Shown in pieces: positions 13,455 through 19,532 of a DNA stretch of 19,532 bases (its first letter is position 1; the number at the start of each line of letters is the position of its first letter). The stretch comes from a virus. The notes under the pieces were generated by a model, which worked only from the letters and a program-made list of their open reading frames with translations, was not told the DNA's origin and searched no databases. The stretch lies in the IMG/VR virus record IMGVR_UViG_3300025897_000003; one strand, given 5' to 3'. The translations under genes were made by a program, and so were the position numbers.

Positions 13455-13676
13455 CTACTCGGGCGGCCAGGGCGGCCACGGTTCCGGCGGCCAGTTCGGG
13501 TTTTCGACGAACGACAGCGTGGCTGCGTCCCACATGAGGCGGCCCTCAAGCAGCCCGGTTTCTTCCTCGTCGGTTAGTTGCCGTACGGTGAACTCGGGCG
13601 GCATCGGATCAGCAAGCACTGTGCCGATCGAGTCGGCTTCGCCAGTGTCGGTAAAATAGACCAGTGAGCAGCTCAT
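13455..13676 (-). CDS. Hypothetical 73-aa acidic protein with a Trp/Pro-rich C-terminus (possible fibre chaperone)
   Basis: ATGA overlap with the upstream 276-aa gene. The C-terminus is NPNWPPEPWPPWPPE. Confidence 0.6.
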   Translation of the reverse strand: MSCSLVYFTDTGEADSIGTVLADPMPPEFTVRQLTDEEETGLLEGRLMWDAATLSFVENPNWPPEPWPPWPPE

Positions 13677-14503
13677 GCAGGTACTCCGATAATAGTCACG
13701 GAACTTGTTCGGATACCGCTGTCACGTTTGACTGATAGGCGGCTTCCTGCTGGTACTGAAACCTGCGTCACCGACTGGGATGCCGGTTTCGTGGTGATGT
13801 ATTCATTCGTGCTTAGTTGAACGTATTTGCGCGCGATATCGGTTTCAACGCCAGATGCACCGATCGCAACTTGTAGCGTTTGCTCCTCATTGCCGCCATT
13901 CGATGCTGAGAACGATTCGACGAGAACGATGGCTGCGTATTCCTGTGATGTTGACGCAACGATTTCGGTGTATGAAGTCGAGGTGTTGGTGCCTGCGGAA
14001 GTTGCTGTGCTCGTTCCCAAAACGTCGAACGTTGTGCCGACGGTTGTGGCGTCGCCCATTGCGAAACTGTCGATTGCGACCGTGGCGGTGTCGCTCGCAA
14101 TAATTGCTTGACTCCGAACAGCGATACGCGCAGACGCAGCAACTCTGACCGGTAACACGAAAACGATGTCCAACGCGCCGCCGACAGCAATATTCTCGGC
14201 GTAAGCGACTTCGGAACCGGCTGCACCCACTGCAACGTCGATAAGCGTCGCCGTGTTCGTAGCTGACTGATAGACATTTGTCACCCTAAACATGAGCGCA
14301 GAAGTTTCCGCAGCGTTGGACGAAATGATTTCGGTCCACGCGCCTTTGGTGTGCGACGTGCCGCCTGCGGTCACCGTTGCCGAGCCAGACGATGTCGGCA
14401 CCGTTTTCAGATTTTGGTACCACGGGTCAGCGGTCACCACGGGAGCGTCCTCAACAATGCTGACTGTGTTGTTCTGTTCGGTGATCGTGACTGTGTTGGT
14501 CAT
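13673..14503 (-). CDS. Putative tail fibre / receptor-binding protein with two tandem beta-sandwich-like domains
   Basis: 276 aa and S/T/A/V-rich. It contains an internal duplication: GTSHTKGAWTEIISSNAAE...LIDVAVGAAGSEV...ARIAVRSQ versus GTNTSTSYTEIVASTSQEY...LQVAIGASGVETD...SRLSVKRD. Confidence 0.6.
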   Translation of the reverse strand: MTNTVTITEQNNTVSIVEDAPVVTADPWYQNLKTVPTSSGSATVTAGGTSHTKGAWTEIISSNAAETSALMFRVTNVYQSATNTATLIDVAVGAAGSEVAYAENIAVGGALDIVFVLPVRVAASARIAVRSQAIIASDTATVAIDSFAMGDATTVGTTFDVLGTSTATSAGTNTSTSYTEIVASTSQEYAAIVLVESFSASNGGNEEQTLQVAIGASGVETDIARKYVQLSTNEYITTKPASQSVTQVSVPAGSRLSVKRDSGIRTSSVTIIGVPA

Positions 14504-14850
14504 CGGGTTACCTCGGCTCTTACGGTGAACGTTCCTTCTACGAGCCGCTCAACGACAGCGCCGTTTACGAGCTCGAGGTCATAGATGTATTGGCCGGCGT
14601 CGATCGCTGCCGACGTTGCAGCTGAGATAGCTAGCGTGATCGTGCCGGCTGCGCCGCCGAGCGTGATGCCGCCGTTCTCGGTTGTCAGGTCGAGAATTGT
14701 TGCTGCTGACGCGAACGTTTCGCGTACCTGCATGGCCGACGTGTAGCCGGTCAAGTTGATAAGGGTGCCCGTGGAGTCTTTGTACGTCCAAAGCTGTGAC
14801 AGCGTTGCGCCCTGGTCGATCGTCATGTTGTATTTGCCTGCGAGCGCCAT
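14500..14850 (-). CDS. Small Ig-like/beta-sandwich virion protein (minor tail or BppU-N-like pattern)
   Basis: 116 aa. NLTGYTSAMQVRE...GQYIYDLELVNGAVVERLVEGTFTVRAEVT is a pattern common in tail accessory domains. ATGA overlap with the next gene. Confidence 0.6.
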   Translation of the reverse strand: MALAGKYNMTIDQGATLSQLWTYKDSTGTLINLTGYTSAMQVRETFASAATILDLTTENGGITLGGAAGTITLAISAATSAAIDAGQYIYDLELVNGAVVERLVEGTFTVRAEVTR

Positions 14851-14857
14851 GCTTCTC

Positions 14858-15085
14858 CTAGATCACTACGCCGATGAGAGTCGAGACGGCTGCGACAAGG
14901 ATCGCGACCAGTAGGCCCAGAATCCACTGATATTGGCGATCGAGGCGGTCAAACAGGCGGTCGTCGTTGGCGACAAGCCGGCGAATGTCCTCGTCGTGGC
15001 CGTCGACCCGTGCCTCGAGGTGAGCGATTTTCGCTTCCATGTTGTCCAGTTTGCCACAGCCAGCCGCGCTAGCCGATGAGCTCAT
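14858..15085 (-). CDS. Lysis-associated tail-anchored membrane protein (coiled coil plus C-terminal TM)
   Basis: The coiled coil is MEAKIAHLEARVDGHDEDIRRLVANDDRLFDRLDRQ, followed by the TM segment WILGLLVAILVAAVSTLIGVVI. It sits immediately downstream of the endolysin. Alternative start at ATG 15040. Confidence 0.6.
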   Translation of the reverse strand: MSSSASAAGCGKLDNMEAKIAHLEARVDGHDEDIRRLVANDDRLFDRLDRQYQWILGLLVAILVAAVSTLIGVVI

Positions 15086-15761
15086 AAAGGTCAGCTACGA
15101 CGTGTTCCATGTTGTCGGCGCGCACTACCGGCCCGTCAAACGTGCGCAGCCACGTATTCACGTCGCCAATTTTGCGGGCTTTGTTGCCGGCGGTTACCCA
15201 CGCTTCGCCGGACGTGTTGCTGTACAGCGTTTCCATATGTTCCCCGCTATCAATGATCGGGTCGGGTTCGATGAGCTGCGCCAAGGCGTTTCCTGGGCAC
15301 GCTGTGAACGATAGTGCACGGTGCCCGACGACGTTGGCACGGTTCGTCAGGAAACCGAGGTTGGCGAGCTCGGTGCGTAACGTGTCAAACGCTCGGCGTT
15401 GCTGAATCGTGACGGACTGTTTTTCGTAGTTGCCGATCAGGGCGACGCTCATAGTGTTTCGGTTTGACAGCGTTGCGCCGGCACGTGTCGCCCGGTTTGC
15501 GCCGTTGCGGTAGATCGTGCCTCTTGACGTGAACAGTGTGCCGTCGGGATGTAACAGCCAGCCGTACGGTACTGACGTAAACTTTGCGGAGAACCGGCGC
15601 GCCCAAATTACTTCTTCGACGCGTAGGGCGTCACGTATCGGATTCGCTGACGTCGGTGTGACAGTGTGATGCACGACGAGCGCAGCGGAAGGGTTCGGGC
15701 GGCGTAGCGTCGGCCCCCAGCGGCCTCGGCCCGTCCAATCGTCAAACGGGATCACGTTCAC
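15069..15761 (-). CDS. Endolysin: N-acetylmuramoyl-L-alanine amidase (Amidase_2 / PGRP / T7-lysozyme fold) with an unassigned C-terminal domain of about 70 aa
   Basis: The zinc-ligand pattern is VVHHT...GHRALSFTACPG, with the His-x8-Cys spacing seen in T7 lysozyme. The GTG start overlaps the holin-candidate stop (GTGA). Confidence 0.9.
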   Translation of the reverse strand: MNVIPFDDWTGRGRWGPTLRRPNPSAALVVHHTVTPTSANPIRDALRVEEVIWARRFSAKFTSVPYGWLLHPDGTLFTSRGTIYRNGANRATRAGATLSNRNTMSVALIGNYEKQSVTIQQRRAFDTLRTELANLGFLTNRANVVGHRALSFTACPGNALAQLIEPDPIIDSGEHMETLYSNTSGEAWVTAGNKARKIGDVNTWLRTFDGPVVRADNMEHVVADLYELIG

Positions 15762-15928
15762 TGTTTGCGTGGACCCTCGAGGAACAGGGCGATGACAGCC
15801 GCTGAGAACGTTGCTATGGCTCCGGTTGCTTCGGCTGAGATGTCAGCGCCGAGCGACGTGCCGAGGGCGACAGCGGCGACCACGACGGCTTGGAGGCGTG
15901 CCGGGTACGTTTTGATCCGTTGCAGCAT
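15758..15928 (-). CDS. 56-aa two-helix membrane protein, holin candidate
   Basis: Not in the track. The product is MLQRIKTYPARLQAVVVAAVALGTSLGADISAEATGAIATFSAAVIALFLEGPRKQ*. AGGA lies 7-8 nt upstream of the ATG. It is translationally coupled to the endolysin. Confidence 0.6.
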   Translation of the reverse strand: MLQRIKTYPARLQAVVVAAVALGTSLGADISAEATGAIATFSAAVIALFLEGPRKQ

Positions 15929-15937
15929 GAGCTTGTC

Positions 15938-16177
15938 CTATGCGGGCGGGTCGGGTGGCGTCCACGTTGGGCCGGGCGTCCACGATGCCGGCGCATCACG
16001 CAGCGCTTGCCGGTAGGTCGCCCAAGCGGCCTGATCGGGGACGACAGCGTCGGTGAGGTGCGTCCAGTCGCAGTCGCTTAGCAGCAGATTGCGGGCAAAC
16101 CGCATTCGTTTCTGCCAGTCGGCGTCGCTCACTGGTGGTTCGTCGTAGCTTGAGGTCAAGTCAATCGGTTCGGCCAT
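15938..16177 (-). CDS. Tail fibre assembly chaperone-like protein
   Basis: RFARNLLLSDCDWTHLTDAVVPDQAAWATYRQALRDAPASWTPGPTWTPP matches the phage tail assembly chaperone motif (lL-x-x-sDW...w-x-x-YRqaLRD-x-p...WP-x-x-P), recalled as Pfam Phage_tail_APC. It follows the fibre gene. Confidence 0.65.
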   Translation of the reverse strand: MAEPIDLTSSYDEPPVSDADWQKRMRFARNLLLSDCDWTHLTDAVVPDQAAWATYRQALRDAPASWTPGPTWTPPDPPA

Positions 16178-16186
16178 TGCAAGCTC

Positions 16187-17086
16187 CTACGTCAATTTCA
16201 CGACCACGATGCCATCGGCACCGTCGCCGCCAGCAAGGTCGGTTGAAACGGCCTGATCCCAGGCTGCGGAGCCGTCGCCGCCTGCGCCCGGCACGGGACC
16301 ATCAGCGCCGGTGTGGCTCAAAGCGCTGGTTTGGACGACAGCGGAGTAGCCGCTGCCGCCGAACGACGACAGGCCGCCGCCGCCCGACCAGCCGTTGTCG
16401 TTGTCGTTGAGCTGGGAAATACCGCCTGCGCCGCCTTGCATGAGCAGCGTGCCGGTGGTGCCGATGCCGCCGGTGCCGCCCGGTTTGCCTTGACCTCGCC
16501 TGCTAATGCTGTAGGGCTGATGCTGGCCGCCAGTGCCGCCGGTGGCGACTGCGTGCGACCCGAACGACGTACTGCCGCCATTGCCGCCGTCATCCGCAGC
16601 TACGCCGGTGCCACCCGCACCGACAGTTACTGTTTCAGATGCGCCCAGGGCTGACAACGCCACGACAACGACGGCTGTGCCGCCTGCGCCGCCACCAGAA
16701 CCCATTGACAAATCCTCGGAGGTGATGCCGGATGCGCCGCCGCCTGCGCCGCCGCCGCCCACAACCGTAATCTCGGCCTGCGAATAGCTCGAGTAACTGG
16801 CTTTCGTGAACGTGCCCGAACTGGTGAACGTGACGAGCTGTTTCTGCCCGCCGCCGGCTGGGATACCTGAGGTCGAAATGACGTTCTGCCAAGCGCTGCC
16901 GTCATAAAGCTGCAAATAGTTCGTGTCGGCCAAGTAGCAGGCCATGCCCTCGGTCGGTGACGTCACCGCAGCGTCGCGTGCCGTAGCGTTCGCGAAATAC
17001 ATGACGGCCTGGTCCTGAAGGTAGCCCTGCACGTCGGCAGCAGAAAGCACACTTCCAGAAGTGAACGTCTTAAAACCGGAACCCAT
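16187..17086 (-). CDS. Glycine-rich tail fibre / minor tail protein
   Basis: 299 aa. The N-terminus FTSGSVLSAADVQGYLQDQAVMYFANATARDAAVTSPTEGMACYLADTNYLQLYDGSAW is typical of phage fibre N-termini. It is followed by a Gly-rich domain (VVGGGGAGGGASG, GSGGGAGGT, GGNGGS, GGTGG). Confidence 0.8.
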   Translation of the reverse strand: MGSGFKTFTSGSVLSAADVQGYLQDQAVMYFANATARDAAVTSPTEGMACYLADTNYLQLYDGSAWQNVISTSGIPAGGGQKQLVTFTSSGTFTKASYSSYSQAEITVVGGGGAGGGASGITSEDLSMGSGGGAGGTAVVVVALSALGASETVTVGAGGTGVAADDGGNGGSTSFGSHAVATGGTGGQHQPYSISRRGQGKPGGTGGIGTTGTLLMQGGAGGISQLNDNDNGWSGGGGLSSFGGSGYSAVVQTSALSHTGADGPVPGAGGDGSAAWDQAVSTDLAGGDGADGIVVVKLT

Positions 17087-17090
17087 AGCC

Positions 17091-18374
17091 CTAATATCCT
17101 AGTCTGTTCTGGTCGAGCACTCCGAACGTTGCGCTGTTGAGAATGAACGACACGGTTTGCACGCCGTCCTCGAGCTGCACTGACAACTTCGACGAGTTTG
17201 GTGAGATTTGCCAGCCGATGCCCGAAACGACGCCGTCGAACTTGAGCGTGGCTGTGGAGCCCTCGGGCCGCAAACTGAGCGTGCAACTGTCGCCGACGCT
17301 GTATTTGACAAGTTGCCAGCCGTCGTTGTCGCCCTCGACGATCGGCTGCATGCCGATGTTGCGGACGTTTAGCGGCGGTACGCCATCGGTGCCGTACTGG
17401 TTCAAGAACGACTCGGCGACGGACAGGGTGCGGGCGTCAGTCGTGCACAGCAGCCCGCTGCGCGAAATGTTGCGAGCACCGAACGCTGCGATATTGGCAG
17501 CGGCGGTTTGTTCGGTGCCGCCGACCGACGTAAACGCCGCTTGCGAATAACTTGAGGTTGTGCCCGTGGCGAAATCGACCGTTTGGAAATAGTGCGGCTC
17601 GGTGCCTGAGGTCGCGAGGCGTGCATCCCACAAGTTCAGCGCGGTAAGTTCGTTGACGCCGGTGACGGCTTCGCTGATCGGAACCTGACCTCTCGAGCGG
17701 AACGTGACCGAGTTGTACGGCGTCGTGCCGTCTACGGGTAGCCCGTGCCTGACGTAGACGTCGCCGCCGTTGCTGTGCTCGATCGTCGTGAGCAGCGCGC
17801 CAGCGGTGCCTGTGTAGCTGGTCACGGCCTGGAGCGTGTCGCCAGCATCGCCTGACGGGTTGACAACGGCGTTTTGGTCTATCTGGGCGCTGATCGTCGT
17901 CGCAGCCGTCAGTACGGCGTCGAGCTCGGCTTCGGTCGTGTCTGACGACACCGACAGCCCAGACTGAAACGCCAACGTGCCAAGCATCGTGAGGGCGTCT
18001 ACGACTGTCACTGTCACAGTGGCCTCATAGGTGTCGCTGAACGTGTACTGAATATCGGCAACGACGCCGGTAAACGCTGCGGGCGGGCCGTAAGTCCAAG
18101 TAGGTGCGCCTGCGCCAGTCACGTTCGCGTAAAGCTTGACCTCAACACCGAGAAACCGTGCGTTTGAGTAAGTGCCGCCGGCGTCGGGCGTGTACGCGCT
18201 GGTCGTGTTGTCGAGCTCAAGCGTCATCGTGCCGCCCGAATACGTCAGGGCGTCGCCTCGTTTGCCGTAGCTGACCGAAGCGCCGAGCACGTCACCGATC
18301 GGCACAGCAGCCGGGTTTGGGCCGCCGTCGTTGTCGACCGGTTGAAAGTCAATCGCCCAAGCCCACGACGCCAT
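17091..18374 (-). CDS. Distal tail (Dit-like) minor tail protein
   Basis: 427 aa, directly downstream of and overlapping the tape measure stop. The N-terminal pattern SVSYGKRGDALTYSGGTMTLELDNTTSAYTP resembles siphovirus distal tail proteins (s-x-x-x-GR...aGt-x-t-x-x-L-x-N). Confidence 0.65.
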   Translation of the reverse strand: MASWAWAIDFQPVDNDGGPNPAAVPIGDVLGASVSYGKRGDALTYSGGTMTLELDNTTSAYTPDAGGTYSNARFLGVEVKLYANVTGAGAPTWTYGPPAAFTGVVADIQYTFSDTYEATVTVTVVDALTMLGTLAFQSGLSVSSDTTEAELDAVLTAATTISAQIDQNAVVNPSGDAGDTLQAVTSYTGTAGALLTTIEHSNGGDVYVRHGLPVDGTTPYNSVTFRSRGQVPISEAVTGVNELTALNLWDARLATSGTEPHYFQTVDFATGTTSSYSQAAFTSVGGTEQTAAANIAAFGARNISRSGLLCTTDARTLSVAESFLNQYGTDGVPPLNVRNIGMQPIVEGDNDGWQLVKYSVGDSCTLSLRPEGSTATLKFDGVVSGIGWQISPNSSKLSVQLEDGVQTVSFILNSATFGVLDQNRLGY

Positions 18375-19532
18375 CAGAGCTGCCCGGTAAGGATCGGGAC
18401 CGAACCGCCGTGAGCTCGTGCGTAGCGTTGCAAGGCTGCGACGACGTCGGCACCGTCGGCCCCTGGCGGCATGTTTACGGTTACGTTCATGCCGCCGCCC
18501 ATACTGCCGGCACGATCCAACGGAACGACCGCTTCGGGGCCGGCTTCGCCGATCAGCGCAAGTGTCGGGCTGGTCACAATACCGCCCTCGGCCAGTTCCG
18601 TGATGTGTCCAATGTCGGGCGGGTTGACTGTAAAGCCTGCGATCTCAAACTCGAGCAGGTTGTTTATTCTGTCGATGACTTGAGTGTTGATGAGGCCGAT
18701 GATGGCGTTGACCACGCCTTTGGCGACTGTCCCGAGGCCGCTGATCGTTGCACCGAGCGCGTCGATAAGCCCGTCGATGAGGCCGCTGCCGAGCTCTTTG
18801 CCGAGGTCAAACAGCAGGTCTAGTCCGTCGGTGACGATCCATCGGCCGATGTCGCCGACGAGAGTGCCGAGGGCCTTTAGCAGGTCGGGCGCTACGTCAA
18901 CGACCCAATTTACGAAAGCGCCGGTCCATTCGAGCAGGTTGTCGATCAGGTTTGGGAGGCCCGTGTTTATCATCCATTCAGCGATCGAGGCGACTAGTTT
19001 GCCGAGCTCGCGTAGCGCCGGCGGGATTAGTGGCCCGATCCACTCAAGAAACGCTGCCGCCCATTCGGCAAGTTTGGTGACGATCATGTTTAGGCCCTCT
19101 TCTGAGAACCAGTTCGCAAACTGTGCGATTAGGTCACCGAGCCGGCTGATAAGCGGCGGCACGACTTCTTTGGCCCAGTCAAGAAAGGCTCGGGTCCATT
19201 CTGCGAGCTGCTCAAGAATTCTTGGTACTGCGGTGCCGTACCACCATCGGTTGAACGAAACCAGAAACTCGCCGAACGCTACGAGAAACTTGGGCCCGAC
19301 GTCTTTGATCCATTCGACGAAGGCACGGCCCCACGTTTCGAGCTGTTCTTTGATTTGCGGCCACGCTTCCTTGAAACGGTCAGCCAAGCTGCGGATGACG
19401 CCGCCCAGGCCGCGTTCGTTGAACACGTTGATCAGCTCGACAGCGATTTCTGCGCCTCGAGCGAACACGGGCAGCAGTTTGCGGGCCATCGTTTCTTTGA
19501 CTTCGCCGACTGCTGCTTTGAGCTTGTTTTGT
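18374..19532 (-). CDS. Tail tape measure protein, 3' part
   Basis: Track ORF 18374..19489 starts at an internal Met, and the frame stays open to the window end. It contains W/F-periodic repeats. The C-terminal motif GGIVTSPTLALIGEAGPEAVVPL is typical of tape measure proteins. The stop overlaps the next gene start (TGATG). Confidence 0.9.
   Translation of the reverse strand, partial: QNKLKAAVGEVKETMARKLLPVFARGAEIAVELINVFNERGLGGVIRSLADRFKEAWPQIKEQLETWGRAFVEWIKDVGPKFLVAFGEFLVSFNRWWYGTAVPRILEQLAEWTRAFLDWAKEVVPPLISRLGDLIAQFANWFSEEGLNMIVTKLAEWAAAFLEWIGPLIPPALRELGKLVASIAEWMINTGLPNLIDNLLEWTGAFVNWVVDVAPDLLKALGTLVGDIGRWIVTDGLDLLFDLGKELGSGLIDGLIDALGATISGLGTVAKGVVNAIIGLINTQVIDRINNLLEFEIAGFTVNPPDIGHITELAEGGIVTSPTLALIGEAGPEAVVPLDRAGSMGGGMNVTVNMPPGADGADVVAALQRYARAHGGSVPILTGQL
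18806..19345 (-). repeat. Four tandem in-register 45-aa (135-nt) repeats inside the tape measure protein
   Basis: The four units are QLETWGRAFVEWIKDVGPKF..., QLAEWTRAFLDWAKEVVPPL..., KLAEWAAAFLEWIGPLIPPA... and NLLEWTGAFVNWVVDVAPDL... Each is exactly 45 aa, with conserved L-x-E-W-x3-F-x2-W and a W at position 34. Confidence 0.8.
19434..19532. repeat. Terminal overlap copy B, an exact duplicate of 1-99
   Basis: Same 99-nt string as window start. The offset of 19433 gives the unique genome length. Confidence 0.95.

Noticed and set aside
16187-17086. Repetitive GGN-rich DNA as a tandem repeat, CRISPR-like array or low-complexity non-coding region
   Set aside because: The repeats are irregular, lie in one long open frame and encode a glycine-rich fibre domain with a typical fibre N-terminus.
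1-19532. Apparent over-representation of the XhoI-type palindrome CTCGAG as a regulatory repeat or methylation target
   Set aside because: I hand-counted about 29 copies in the unique sequence, against a rough base-composition expectation of 6-7. The copies I checked are in-frame CTC-GAG (Leu-Glu) codon pairs, and GAGCTC (Glu-Leu) is similarly frequent. Codon and dipeptide bias therefore explains it. The lack of avoidance is still worth a formal k-mer test.
1-19532. tRNA, CRISPR, integrase/attP or toxin-antitoxin pairs
   Set aside because: I saw no cloverleaf-like segments, no spaced repeat arrays and no tyrosine- or serine-recombinase motifs in any frame. No small two-gene pair had recognisable toxin motifs.

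Overview
Bases 1-99 are identical to 19434-19532, so the window is a self-overlapping assembly of what looks like a complete, circularly closed tailed-phage genome. It has 19,433 unique bp, is high-GC and has siphovirus-type architecture. All credible genes (about 40) lie on the minus strand. They are tightly packed, with many ATGA/GTGA/TGATG start-stop overlaps. In transcription direction (descending coordinates, wrapping through the junction) the order is as follows. Packaging and head: HNH endonuclease, a small acidic protein (positional TerS candidate), large terminase, a 48-aa hydrophobic micro-ORF, HK97-type portal, S78 prohead protease, HK97-fold major capsid protein, then adaptor and neck proteins. 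Tail: major tail protein, a tail chaperone with a -1 frameshift (CCCUUUA), an HK97 gp10-like protein in an odd position, a 620-aa tape measure split by the window junction, a Dit-like minor tail protein, and a glycine-rich fibre with its chaperone. Lysis cassette: an unlisted 56-aa holin candidate, an amidase_2 endolysin and a tail-anchored membrane protein. Next comes a second putative fibre module. Early module: Rad52-like annealing protein, Zn/winged-helix protein, VRR-NUC nuclease, beta-class N6/N4 methyltransferase and a DnaA domain-IV-only protein. This is followed by a GC-rich hairpin and about 470 bp of coding-poor DNA. Last is a lower-GC accessory block: a W-rich protein, a compact C5 methyltransferase, an unlisted SAP-like 51-aa ORF and a CxxC zinc protein. 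I saw no integrase, repressor, DNA polymerase, primase, helicase, tRNA or CRISPR. All plus-strand ORFs in the track look like antisense shadows of minus-strand genes. Family assignments come from motif recognition by eye, not from database searches.
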